From Rebecca billardiae RCC1528 (lineage: Eukaryota > Protista > Haptophyta), in contig OZ251245.1 of the NCBI GenBank assembly GCA_965240325.2, positions 1,302,001 to 1,366,000 on the forward strand: a DNA stretch of 64,000 nt. The letters are read 5' to 3'. Under the pieces are notes generated by a model. It searched no databases. It worked only from the letters and a program-made list of their open reading frames with translations, and was not told where the DNA came from. The translations under genes and the position numbers were made by a program. Within the stretch, counting starts at the first letter, position 1. Each line of letters starts with the position of its first letter. Positions 11,816-23,150 of the stretch are shown here, one piece after another.

Positions 11816-14431
11816 CTACTGCAGCTTGGAGCAGTCGACGCCGGCGCGCACGAGCGCGCCGAGCACAACAGGCATGTAGAGCGCGTCCCACAGGTGCGCG
11901 CCCGCGATGCCGACGTGCCACAGCTGGTGGCTGTGCCCCCACACGTCGAAGCGGCCGGGCGCGAGCCGCTCGGGCCACTTGGTGACGTAGAAGACGAGCG
12001 CCGTGCCAAAGGAGAGGTACGAGCCGAGCACGGAGCCGAGCACCGGGCCGTGCTCGCCCACGCCCCCCAATGCGTACATGAGCGACGCCTGCGGCAGCAC
12101 GTTGCACACGCTGAACACGAAGACCATGCCGAGCACGCGGTGCGCCTCCTTGGCCGCCGAGAGCGTCACGGTCACGGACACGCAGCACGCGCCCGCGGCG
12201 AGCATCCAGAACATGGCGCGCCGCTCGGCGGTGGTGCACATGAGCGCGGCGTACCCGAAGCGCAGGCAGTACGCGTACATCCCGACGCAGATGAACGTGA
12301 AGTCGAGCTTCCACCACAGCCGGTAGTGCCGCATCGACTCGTTGTAGAAGGTGTGCGCGAGCGCGGACGCGAGCAGCTGCGAGGTCTGCAGCGCGGCGGC
12401 GAAGGCCGAGGCGAAGCGCAGCTCGGCGGGCGCATCGGCGAGGTGCCGCGCGTGCACCGCGGCGTACGCCGCGGGCAGCAGCACCGCGGGCAGCAGGTGC
12501 GTCCACACCGCCACCGTCTGGTTGTGCAGCGCAAACAGAGACGCGCCGTTCTGCCGCGCGCTGAAGTTCTCGCGGTACCCCGAGAGGATGTACTCCTCCT
12601 CGGGCATCCACTTGAGCTCCTCCACGCGTACGAGCGGCGGGCACGCCCACGCGCTGCGCGCCGCCGCGCCGCCGCGCTCGCGCCGCCGCGTCGGCGCCGC
12701 GTCGGCGCGTGCGGGCGCGCGCGCGGGCGCTGGCAGCGCGAGCTCGGCGGCCTCGACGCTCGACGCCCTCGGCGGATCGGCGGGGCGCGCGTGTGGGCTG
12801 GCCGCGGCCGAGCTCAGCCGCTGCAGGCGCCCCGCCCACACCCGGTCGATCGGCGTGTTGCCCGTCGCCGACTGCGACATGACGAACTCGAACGTGCGTG
12901 AGCCGCGCACGTGCGCCGGGCTGACGGCGAGTGCGTCCGCGTGCGAGCCGCCCCAGCGGCTGGGGATCGGTGCGGGGAGCACGGCCCCCGCGCGGCCGCT
13001 GCCCGCGGAGGAGGTGCTGCTGGAGCGGCGCGGCGTGGGCGGGGAGAGGTGCACACGCGGCCAGCTCGAGCTCAGCTCGCCGCCCGGCGCGGCGCTCGCC
13101 GACGCGGCGCGCGGATGGCGGCTGGGCAGCGGGTCAGTGAGGCACACGGCTTGGGGCAGCTGCAGCTCAGGCAGGATGCTCACGCGCACGCCGCCCGGAC
13201 CCAGGGGGGCGTCGTCGAGGTCGCGGCGCTCGGCGCCGACGGCCTCGGCCGGGCGCGCCGACGCCTCAGCTCGCGCGCCCGCAGCGCTCGGCAGCGGCTC
13301 GAGCGGCGGCGCGGCGGCCGTGCGCGCCGCGCCCGCCTGCGCCTCCTGACCGTCCGGCGCGGGCTCGGCCCCGTGCGCGGCCCACTCGAGCGCCGCCGCG
13401 CGCGCCGTCATGCGCGGCGCCACGAGCCACGCGTGGCACAGCTCGTCGACCAGCGCCAGCACGTCGACGGTGTGCGCGCCGTGCCGCCACGCGCCGCTGA
13501 GCGCCGTGCGCGCGTAGTACGCGCGCTGCGCGGCCGAGAGCAGCCCGGAGGCGACGCGCACGGGGTGGACGGCGTTGCGCACGGCGGGCTGCTCCATCAC
13601 GCGGTCGTACATCGTGTCGAACACTGCGCGCGCCGCGACGAGCCGCGCGTGCGCCGCCTTCGCGATGAAGAGCGCCGTGGGCGCGTACAGCGACAGTGCG
13701 TACAGCGAGGGCCACGGCTGCGGCCACGGCCCGTCCGCGCTCGCGTACTGCACGCTGGGCACGGCGTGGAGCACGTGGCGCACGGCGGGCAGGCCGGTCG
13801 AGCCGATCGCGATCGCGCCAAGCCCGACCAGCGCCATCGAGTACGCCGCGGGCAGCTCGCCCTGCAGCAGCGCCATGTCGACGAAGGCGGCCATGCCCCA
13901 CGTGGATGCGTGCGAGATGAACGCGACACCCGGCAGGTTGGCGGCGGCGTACGCGAGGAGCCAGCCGTCGAGGCGCGTGAGGAAGGTCTCGTCGGCGTAG
14001 AGGGCGAGCTTGACGAAGAAGAGCACGTTCGCCACGCACACCGCCGTGCGTAGCCCCACGTCCAGCGCGGACGCCTCGCGGAACCACGCGGACACCATCG
14101 ACACGAGCACCGCCACCAAGTAGATCAGGATGGCCTGCTTGGCCTGCTCGACGCGGTGCTCGGCGTTGACGCGCGCGAAGCACATGTCGCGGACGGGCTG
14201 CGCGACGGCCTTGCGCACGAGCCGCTCCCAGTTGGTGACGGCGCTCTCGCCGGCGCGCGCGCTCGGCTCGCACGCGGTGCTGCGCGGCGGCGAGAGCGAA
14301 TACAGCGCTGAGCCGTGCGACGAGAGCGGCGAGCTCGACGCCATCGACGGGTCGGTGAGGGTGCTCTGGGACATAGGGGTCCTATTGACCGAGCTGATGG
14401 GCGCGTTGGAGGGCGGCATCCTGGAGCCCAT
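11816..14431 (-). CDS. PAQR / hemolysin-III (adiponectin-receptor-like) protein with a long N-terminal multi-TM extension, 871 aa
   Basis: C-terminal motifs EEYILSGYR, LHNQTVAVWTH, SALAHTF, KLDFTFI, WPERLAPGRFDVWGHSHQLWH are typical of PAQR. Confidence 0.9.
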   Translation of the reverse strand: MGSRMPPSNAPISSVNRTPMSQSTLTDPSMASSSPLSSHGSALYSLSPPRSTACEPSARAGESAVTNWERLVRKAVAQPVRDMCFARVNAEHRVEQAKQAILIYLVAVLVSMVSAWFREASALDVGLRTAVCVANVLFFVKLALYADETFLTRLDGWLLAYAAANLPGVAFISHASTWGMAAFVDMALLQGELPAAYSMALVGLGAIAIGSTGLPAVRHVLHAVPSVQYASADGPWPQPWPSLYALSLYAPTALFIAKAAHARLVAARAVFDTMYDRVMEQPAVRNAVHPVRVASGLLSAAQRAYYARTALSGAWRHGAHTVDVLALVDELCHAWLVAPRMTARAAALEWAAHGAEPAPDGQEAQAGAARTAAAPPLEPLPSAAGARAEASARPAEAVGAERRDLDDAPLGPGGVRVSILPELQLPQAVCLTDPLPSRHPRAASASAAPGGELSSSWPRVHLSPPTPRRSSSTSSAGSGRAGAVLPAPIPSRWGGSHADALAVSPAHVRGSRTFEFVMSQSATGNTPIDRVWAGRLQRLSSAAASPHARPADPPRASSVEAAELALPAPARAPARADAAPTRRRERGGAAARSAWACPPLVRVEELKWMPEEEYILSGYRENFSARQNGASLFALHNQTVAVWTHLLPAVLLPAAYAAVHARHLADAPAELRFASAFAAALQTSQLLASALAHTFYNESMRHYRLWWKLDFTFICVGMYAYCLRFGYAALMCTTAERRAMFWMLAAGACCVSVTVTLSAAKEAHRVLGMVFVFSVCNVLPQASLMYALGGVGEHGPVLGSVLGSYLSFGTALVFYVTKWPERLAPGRFDVWGHSHQLWHVGIAGAHLWDALYMPVVLGALVRAGVDCSKLQ

Positions 14432-14859
14432 GCGCGCGGGTGTTCGCCGCGCGAGCGGGTCGTCGGTGGCCGGGCCGTGCCAGTCGGGCCAGTCAGCTGC
14501 CTCGGCCCTCCCTCTCGGCGCGCTTTTGATCAGTGCTACTCCAGTACTCGCTTCCTGCGCACTCCGGACCCGGGCGACTGATGCTGATGCGCATCTTTGC
14601 AGCTGGTTGGGTCACTTTCCGTACAGTACAGCACCGAGCTGTTTCACTCAGAAGAAGAGACGCACACAGCTCAGGCAGGCTCGGCTGCGAATAGCATGTA
14701 GCCTCGGCACAGTACCCATCATAATGTCCGCCGATCCTGATCACACTCCAACAGAAGCAGTACTACAGTAGCAGTACTGTACATTGTGTCATCAGTGTCA
14801 TGGCCACCTGAACGGCCCGACGGTCTCGGAACTGGCCCGACTCGGTGTGCCGCCTGCGG

Positions 14860-16380
14860 CTAGCAGGGCCCGGCGCCGGGAGAGTCGCCGGGCGTGGTGT
14901 GCAGCACCGCGCGCAGCTGCTGCAGGCGCGTGGGCGCGCATAGGTCCGTCAGCCCCGTCGGGCACCCCACCCAGTCCCGGCAGCGCCCGAGGCCGAGCGC
15001 GGCTGAGCTCGGCCCGCACGAGCGCACGGCGCCGTCCGCCGTCACAAACAGCGCGTGCGTCGCGCACAGCGAGCAGCTCAGCACGCGGTGCGGCGAGAGG
15101 CTCTGCGCGTCCGCGGCGGTGGCCGGCCCGTTCCACCCGAGGATGTGCACGCTGCCGTCCACGCCGAGCACTGCGCTGCTGCGGTGACCGGCGACCGCGC
15201 GCGCGGCGCGCACGCCCGCGAGCGCGCCGAGCACGCGCACCGGGCTGACGCGGTCGCGCTCGTCGCCCAGGCCGAGGCAGCCGTACGTGCCGGCGCCGAA
15301 GGCGTGCACCGCGCCCGAGTGGTCGACGACGAGGCTGTGGTCGTGCCCCGCGCTCACGTACACGGCGCGCACCCCCGCGAGCGCCTCGATGCGCTCGGGC
15401 GCCGTGCGGCCGCGGCCGTCGCCGTGGCCGAGGCAGCCGTGCAGCCGGTCGTCCGCACCGCACGAGTACACGGCGCCGCACGCCGAGAGCAGCAGCGTGT
15501 GCGTCTCGCCCGCGCCGGCGCCGGCGACGCGCACGCCGTCGAGGCCGGCGACGCGGCACGGCGTGCTGCGGAAGTTGCCCGCCTCGCCCAGCCCGAGCTG
15601 GCCGTACCCGTTGAAGCCCCAGCTGAACGCGACGCCGGCCGCGCTGATCGCTACGCTGTGCGCGCCGCCCGTCGCGATGCACACGACCATCTCGTCGCGC
15701 AGCCCGGCGACGGGGGCGAACGAGGCACGGTCCTTCGTGTCCCCGTGCCCGAGCTGGCCGAGGTAGTTCCGCCCGCTCGCGAACACGCGGCCGTCGTCGC
15801 CGAGCGCGAGCAGGTGCGAGACACCCGCCGCGACCGCGCGCATGCGCACCGCCGAGAGCGACGCGACGCGCGTGGGCACGCAGACGGCCGAGCGGAGCAG
15901 CTCGGGGTGGCCGAGCGCGGGGAGGCCGGCGTTGTGCTTGCGCCCGCCGTCGACGAAGACGAGCGTCTCCCCCCACGTGTGCATCGCGCCGTCCGCGTCC
16001 ACGCACGCGCTCAGCGCGTTCCAGTGAAGGCTGTTCCCCGCGGCCGCGACCGGCCGCGCGTGCGCGGAGGCGAGCTCGAGCACGCGCTCGCGCGCGAGGA
16101 GCTCCTCCGTCCACGTGCTGGCGCTCGGAGGCAGTGTGGGTGGCAGCGCGCTCGCGTGCCCGCGGACACGGGCCCGCGCGCGCAGCGCGTGCTCGACCGG
16201 CGAGCGGCCGCCGGGCGCGCCGCGGAACAGGCGGCCGGCCGCGTTCGCGTTCGCGACGTCGCGCGGCTGGTCGAGGAGGAAGATGATGCGCTCGACCACT
16301 TCGGTGGGCAGGGAGGCGAGCTCGAGCGCGGCCGTCGCATCGGCGGCCGGCCGCGAGCGCGGCGTGCGGCGTGGGCGCAT
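14860..16380 (-). CDS. F-box-like + RCC1-repeat protein
   Basis: LASLPTEVVERIIFLL (F-box-like) followed by RCC1 repeats (VAAGVSHLLALGDDGRVFASGRNYLGQLGHG; IATGGAHSVAI...FSWGFNGYGQLGLG). First ATG at 16380. Confidence 0.85.
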   Translation of the reverse strand: MRPRRTPRSRPAADATAALELASLPTEVVERIIFLLDQPRDVANANAAGRLFRGAPGGRSPVEHALRARARVRGHASALPPTLPPSASTWTEELLARERVLELASAHARPVAAAGNSLHWNALSACVDADGAMHTWGETLVFVDGGRKHNAGLPALGHPELLRSAVCVPTRVASLSAVRMRAVAAGVSHLLALGDDGRVFASGRNYLGQLGHGDTKDRASFAPVAGLRDEMVVCIATGGAHSVAISAAGVAFSWGFNGYGQLGLGEAGNFRSTPCRVAGLDGVRVAGAGAGETHTLLLSACGAVYSCGADDRLHGCLGHGDGRGRTAPERIEALAGVRAVYVSAGHDHSLVVDHSGAVHAFGAGTYGCLGLGDERDRVSPVRVLGALAGVRAARAVAGHRSSAVLGVDGSVHILGWNGPATAADAQSLSPHRVLSCSLCATHALFVTADGAVRSCGPSSAALGLGRCRDWVGCPTGLTDLCAPTRLQQLRAVLHTTPGDSPGAGPC

Positions 16381-18211
16381 GTGATGAATCGGGTAGCTGA
16401 TGTGCGCGAGGTACGAGGGTTGCCGGGCGGCCAAGCGGTGTTTTCGTCTGCGAGTGCGTCACAAGCTCGCGGCTCAGGTCCACTCAGTTCGACGAGGAGT
16501 CGCGACGACGTTCGGGCATATCCAAGATTGTCCTTCGATCCTCGTCAATACCACGCGTGCTAATTTTCAGCAGGCGGGCAGGTGCACTTCGCACTGGGGG
16601 GATGCATCGTTTCGATTACCTTTGCGGCTATCCATACCGCGGGCGGGTGCTAGCCCGCCAGATCAAACACCCAATTTTCAGTGACTTTACTCACTTTCCC
16701 ATCTCGCCGGTCACGGAGCGGTTCTGCGAAGTCGCGGCCCCTGGGCTCCGACACCTCAGATTTTTTAAGAAGGTGGGTTGGTTCATCAGTCCTGACGTTG
16801 CTTACAGGTATTTGATTATAGGTAGTGGTACCTCGGTTAAAACATTGATGATGATTGGCGCGCTGCATTGGCCATTGGCATTCGGCACTGCTGACGAACA
16901 ACTGCACTGCCTGGGTAAGGTGCGGTATTGGGGTTAATTGCCTAAGGATTATAAACCCTTCAAATGCTACCCATCATCATAAGAGCTTCAGCTTGACGTT
17001 AGCAGCAAGCGAGATCGGCTATCTCCGTACTGTATGATAACTCCGTTGAGACCATCCCGATAATTCATCAGCAGTTCCATAATCATATATGATGATTGGG
17101 CGCTGCCGATACCTCGAATCTGGAATTGGTAGGGAAAACACTCGGCGAAATAAAATTGCTCAGCGGCGTGCTCGGCGCCGAAACGATACCAGTGCTTACG
17201 TTCACACACCCCCAGCAACCCCGGCCGCCGAACTGCGCGCCAAGATTCCTCCGTGATCGTGCTGCCGTCCGTCGAGTGACCTTGCGCGAGATGTCGACCA
17301 GTGTTGACGCTGTCATGAGTGAGCGGCGCCGCTGGAACGCAGAGCAGCCACATGCAGCGCGAGTGTCACTCAGTGTGCGGCGGACAGGCGGTGCGGCCGT
17401 GGGTACAGTGTAACAGTCCCGTACAGCACGGGCCTTGTAGCTTGACTCATTCTATGATTTAACGACACAGGTAGGACGACGCGGGTCTCCTGATTCGTCG
17501 GCGGCAGTGCCCGATCGTCGACACGAAGTCGGCGTTGGTGGCAGAGCATAGCCTGCACCGCGATCGTAAAGCTTGAGCGCGGCCTTGTCAGCTGCTGGAG
17601 CGCGATCCACCTGCGCTGCGCGGCTCGCATGGCCCTGCTGACTATCGGAGAATTGTGGCCACAGTTGAATTATTATAATAAATATAATGAATTGCTCCGA
17701 TCCGCCCGCTTACTCCGCTTAGCGAGTGCGCCACTCCGCACTCGGTCCTCGGCGCTCGGCACCCAGGACTCGGCCGTGTCGCTTCGCCGGCTGTAGAGTG
17801 TAACTGCCAGTCATCGGTACTACTACTAGCCAGCCCGGAGCCTGGTAATCCGCGGGTCGCCGGAGGCCGTCTCGGAGGAGTGAGGGCCCATCAACTATCA
17901 AGCAGCGCCGCCAGCAGGCGGATTTTCATCTCGCGGATCCGGATCGTCGATCGTGACTACGTACTACGCTATATATATATATACGGCATCTGACGCAGGA
18001 CGATTGGCGGATCCGTAGACGAATGTCAATAATGAGGTAGTAGTCGGTAACTACTCGATGAACGCGCCGCCACTAGGCACTACCCGTAACCCGACGACTG
18101 ACGACTCAGAGTCCCTACACGACCCGCGGACCGGACTCACTCGCGAACTCACGGTTGACTGAATATCTGAATATATGTATTAATTAAATGTCGTAGTCCG
18201 TCGACGGCCGG

Positions 18212-19195
18212 TCAGGCCGGCTGCGGCGTCTCCGCCGCGCCCTGCTGCGCTCGGCTCGCCGCCGAAGGCGTGAGCGCACGAGGCGCGGGGCTCGGCGGCG
18301 CGCGCTTGAGGCTGCCGCTGCCCCCGAGCAGGCCGAGCACAGACTGGCCGACCCCGTGCCCAAAACTGCGGCCGCCGACGGTGGCGGCGTCGGCGGGCTC
18401 GTGCGCGCCGTCGGCGCGGGCGCGCGGCGACGCGGACGCCGGCCCTGGCGTGCGCGGCTGCCACCGCCGGCTCCGGTGGCTGCGGCCGGAGCTGCTGTCG
18501 CCCGCCTCGGGGCCGATCCGCGCGCGCGCGCCGCCCCTTCTCGCCAGCAGCTCTGGCAGCCCGAGGGAGAAGCCGAGGCCGCGGCCGGCGCCGTCGTCGC
18601 CCTCGGCGCGGCGCATCGTGACGAGCGTGCGCTCGAACTGCTCGGCGAGCGAGGGGCGCTTCTGCCCCTGCTCGGAGGGCGGCGAGCCCGAGCGCTGCGT
18701 GCCCCGCCGGTGCCCCGAGCTGCGCGTGAGCCGCGCGCGCACGCCGCCCATCAGCTTGCCGCCGCGCACGCCCGTGCTCGTGACGCGCGGCTCGTCGCCG
18801 CCCGCCTCCGACGCGCCGCTCGCGCGCCCGCGCTGCTTGTGCACGGCGCGCCGCCGCGCCTCGAGCTCCTCGAGCCGCTCGATCATCGAGCCGAAGAGCT
18901 CCGCGGGGAACACGCCCTCCCTGTCCGCGCGCACCAGCCCCTGCACGCGCTGCCCCGACGGGCTGAGCGCGTTGTGCAGCGCCAGCGCCCACAGCCCGAC
19001 CACCATGTCCACGAGCAGCGGCTTGTCCGACACGTGCGAGAAGTCGCCGTCGAAGACCTGCGCGCAGGGGCGCGCGCGGCGCGCGGCGCGCGGCGCGGGC
19101 GGTGGGCGGCGGGCCCGCCGGCTGCCAGCTCGGGCCGAGGCCGCGCGCGGCCGCGCGGCCTCGGCGGTCTGCCGGCCGCGTGTGGGGCTCGGGCT

Positions 19196-19230
<35 letters not shown>

Positions 19231-22200
19231 CGGCGCGCGAGGGTGCGCGCGGCCGCGCACGTGTATGGCGTCGTGCCACCAGTCCTGCTGCTCGTCGCTC
19301 AGCACGACGAGCGGCTGCTCGCCGCCGTCGGCCAGGAACATCCGCGCCGTGCCCGCCGTCGCGAGGTGCGCCCACTGCTCGAGCCGGCACCAGCCGCGGC
19401 GCGCGTAGCTCTGCACGTCGCAGCGCGCGCCCGAGTCGTGGTGTGCGCACGGCGGCGCGACGACCACAAAGTAGCGCGCGGCGGAGGCGTACGTGGCGAG
19501 CGAGGAGATCGAGCCGAGCTTGAGCGCGTCGTTCGCCTGCGGGATCGAGAAGTAGTCCATCTGCCGGCGGCACGGGCCGGGGGCGCGTGCGTGCGCTCTC
19601 GCGTCGGTGCACAGCTCGCGGGAATCTGACGTCTGACGTGACGGCGGCGCGCGCGCGCGGCCGAGCGCGCGGGCGCGCGCGAGGCGCGCGCGCCGTGTGC
19701 GCACACCCAGACGTGGAGCTCGTTGGGGTGCAGGTCCTCGCGCACGCAGAGCGCGTGCAGCGCGCGCAGCACCGCGGGGTAGTGCACGCCGTCCGGGTCG
19801 GGCTCCGCATCGCCCAGCCACTGCGAGCGAGCGCACGGCGCACGGCGCACGGCGCACGGCGCACGGCGCACGGCGCACGGCGCGGCATGGCGGCGCGGCC
19901 GCAAAGCGCGCGGCCGCGCGGGCGGGGGAGGGCGCGCCGTGTGAGCACCGAACGCGCGAGCGCGCGCCGCCCGCGTGCCACGCACCTGGTGGCTGACGAA
20001 CACCACGCTCTTCCGCTCCGAGAAGTCGGCGAGGTGCTGCGCCGTGTCGATGAATAATAAATCGCCGCGGTCGCGCGCCTCCTCGTGCGACAGCAGCCGC
20101 CCGTGCGCGCGCAACGCCTCGAGGCGGACGAGGGCGGCGGGGAAGCGGAGGCGGTTGATGAAGCGGGTCGCCTCGATGATCCGCTCGTCCTGCTGCCGCC
20201 GCAGCACCTCCTGCGAGCGCAGCACCTTCTTCACGCGCGCCCACGCGCGGTGGAGTCCGCACGCACACAGCAGCACGCCCACGAGACACGCGGCGACGAT
20301 GATCAGCGTCATCAGCTGCCGGGTGAGCTGCTCGAGCTCCGCCTCGCGCCGGGAGCGCTCGGCGTCGTCGGAGGCGCCGTCGGACTCGTCCTCCCCGCCG
20401 CCGCCGCGCCCGCCCTCGCCCGCCTCGCCCGCCTCCTCCGCCGAGCCGTCGTGGGGCGGCAGCGCGCCCCCGTCCGCGTACAGGAACGGCTGCGCCAGCG
20501 CCCACGCGCCGCCGCTGAAGGTGCCCACGCGCGGCGCGGCGAGGGCGGGGACGGGCGCGGCGGGGGCGGAGACGAGGCGCAGGTTGAGCAGCTCGAACGC
20601 GCTCGCCCCGCGCGCGCGGTCGCCCTTCTCGTCCAGCGCCACCGTCCCCGTCAGCCCGTCGAACCCGCCCTCCGCCAGCAGCCGGCCCCACCAGCGCCCG
20701 CCGCCAAAGTCGACGCGCCCGTCGGCCGCGCGCGAGGCGTTGCACGCGGCGAGGGCGACGGTGGCGACGGCGTCGTACGCGAAGGCGTCGATGGCCTCGA
20801 GGGGCCACGCCTCGAAGAAGTCGGGCTCGAGCGCCGCCTCCGCCGGCACCAGCTGCCGCAGCTCGGGCGTGTCGAAGCCGCCGCTCGCCCAGCCTCGCGC
20901 AAACGACTCCCAGCGCGCGGACCCCGGCACGCCGCCGAGCGCGCGCACGTTGGCGGCGCCCGCGACGGCGCGCGCGAGCTCGGGCTCGTCGGCGAGCGCG
21001 ATGAGCTGCGACGCGCGCAGCGCGCCGCTGAACACCCAGTGGTGCGTGCCCGCCGCCGCGCCCCCCGCCAGCCCGTGCGCCAGCGCCGCGTGCAGCAGCG
21101 GCCGCAGCGCCGAGGCACTGACCACCGCGACCACAAATCGAACGTCCGCGGCAGCGAGCCTCGCCATGGCGGCGTCGAGGCCGGCGGCGTCGGACGGCTC
21201 GAAGGGGGCGCGGACGAGCGCGATGCCGAGGTCGGCGCAGTGCACCGACAGCGCCTCGGCGTACCCCTGCCCGTACACGTTGCTCATGAACGCCACGCCC
21301 GCGCGCCGCGCGCCCGAGGCCCGCAGCCAGAGGGCGAGCGCGTACGCGGCCGCCTCGTCCGAGGGGATGGTGCGCGCGAAGGTCGGGAGGTCGTCGGCGT
21401 TGGAGAGCGTGGGCGAGGTGGAGCGGTGCGAGACCTGCGGCATGCCGTCGATCGCGGCGAGCTGCGCCACCGCCTCGCTCACCGCCGAGCGGCTCGCCCC
21501 CACGAGCGCGCCCCAGCCCCTGCGCCTGCCCTCCAGGTACGCCTCCAGCCCGACGATGGGCGATGCGCGCGTGTGCCCCAGCCCGAGCTCGATGCGCACG
21601 TCGCAGCCGGCGGGCGCGGCGGCGGCGAAGGCGGGGACGTACGTGCCGTTGCGCCCGTTGAAGTGCATCGCCGCGAGCTGCGCCGCCATCATCGCGCTGC
21701 GCGACGTCGTGTCGCTCGCGCTCTCGCCCGCCCAGCGGCCCAGGAAGCCGACGCGCAGCAGCGTGCCGCGCGCGCCCTCCTCGGCCGGCTGCGTGCGGCC
21801 GGCGGCGAAGGTGAAGGGGGGCGGCGGGTCGGTGGAGGTGGCGGAGGCCTGCGGCACGCCGTTCACGTACGTCCCCGCCTGCCGCAGCCGCAGCAGCGCG
21901 TCGCCCTCGCCGCCCGCCTCCGCGACCACGTTGCCCAGGTCGTACGGAACGGCCTCGGCGCGCCGCCCGCCCGTGTCAGGGTCAAACGCGACGCGGCCGG
22001 TGAGCCCGTCGTACTCGAGGGCGGAGAGCGCGGCGAGGAGGGCGGGCGGCGAGGCGGGCGTCGCGGTGCTGCACGCCGCGACGCCCAGCGCCACGCCCGC
22101 GTCGTACGCGAACGCGAGCAGGTCGTCCTGCGCCGAGACGCTCCTGTTGGCGCGCGCGGACGGCGGCAGCGCGCCGCCGAGCGCCTCGCGCGGCGCGGCG

Positions 22201-23150
22201 CGCCACGTGGCCACGAAGGCGGCGAAGCGGCCGTCGGCGTTGGCGGAGGGCTCGATGCGCGCGGCGCCGTCGAGCAGGCGCAGCAGCGGCGCGTCCGCCT
22301 CCGCCTCCATCAGCCAGCCCACCGTCAGCGCGTTCGTCACCACCACGTGCCCGTCGGGGCCGGCGACGCCCGCGTCGGCCGCCGCGCGCGCGAGCGCGTG
22401 CATGTGCCGCCCAAACGCGCCGACGATCAGCACGCGCAGCGGCTCGCCGTCGAGCGAGAGCATGCCGGCCATCGCGGCGCGCATCGAGTCGGCCGGCGCG
22501 CCGTCCAGCCCCTCCTCCGCGTCGAACCGCGCGCTCGTCAGCGCCACGTTCCCCACCGCCGCCGCGTCGGCGAGCGCGGCCGCCAGCCCGTCGCCGTACG
22601 CGTCGCCCACGTGCACGAGCCCGACCTCGGACCAGCCGTACCGCCGGATGTGCGCGAGGATGGCGCGGGCGAGCGAGCTGTCGGAGGGCATCATGCGCCG
22701 GAGGTACGGGTACCGCGCCACGTCGTCGAGCACGGGCGACGACGCGACGGGCGAGAGCTGCACGAGCGGCAGCAGCGCGCCGTACGTCGCCATCGCGCCG
22801 GTCGGCTGCGAGCGCACGCTGCCGAGCACGGCGGCGACGCCCGCGTCGGCGAGGCGGAAGATGGCGCGCGTGGCAGCGAGCGCGCTGTTCTGCGTGTCCG
22901 CCACCGCGGCCACGCGCAGCCGCACGTCGCACGCGGCCAGCGCCGAGCCGCCGAGCTCGCGCACGAGCGAGTCGTTGCGCGCGTTGAAATGGTCCACGCC
23001 GAGCAGCAGCGCGTAGGTGAGGTCGACCTTCTGCGCGTCGAGGGGCATGGCCACGCCGATGGGCAGCTCGGACGGCGCCACGGCCGGCGCGAGCACCGCC
23101 ACCGCCGCCACGAGCACCGCGGCGGGGCGGCGCCTGCTCCCGCTTGGCAT
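18212..23150 (-). CDS. Single-pass receptor-like protein, ~1474 aa: signal peptide + 2 Venus-flytrap (ANF-receptor/periplasmic-binding type I) domains + TM + TIR/HET-like domain; exons 23150-19986, 19820-19707, 19560-19261, 19057-18212
   Basis: VFT motifs twice (VLGSVRS...QLSPVASSPVLDDVARYPYLRRMMPSD; LVGASRS...QVSHRSTSPTLSNADDLPTFARTIPSD; GLTGRVAFD / GLTGTVALD). TM LMTLIIVAACLVGVLLCACGL. Three GT-AG introns give FVSHQ|WLGDAEPDPDG...LHVW|MDYFSIPQ...YARRGWCRLEQW...H|VFDGDFS. Confidence 0.85.
19831..19879. repeat. (GCGCACG)7 heptamer microsatellite in receptor intron 1
   Basis: Seen directly in the sequence. Confidence 0.9.
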
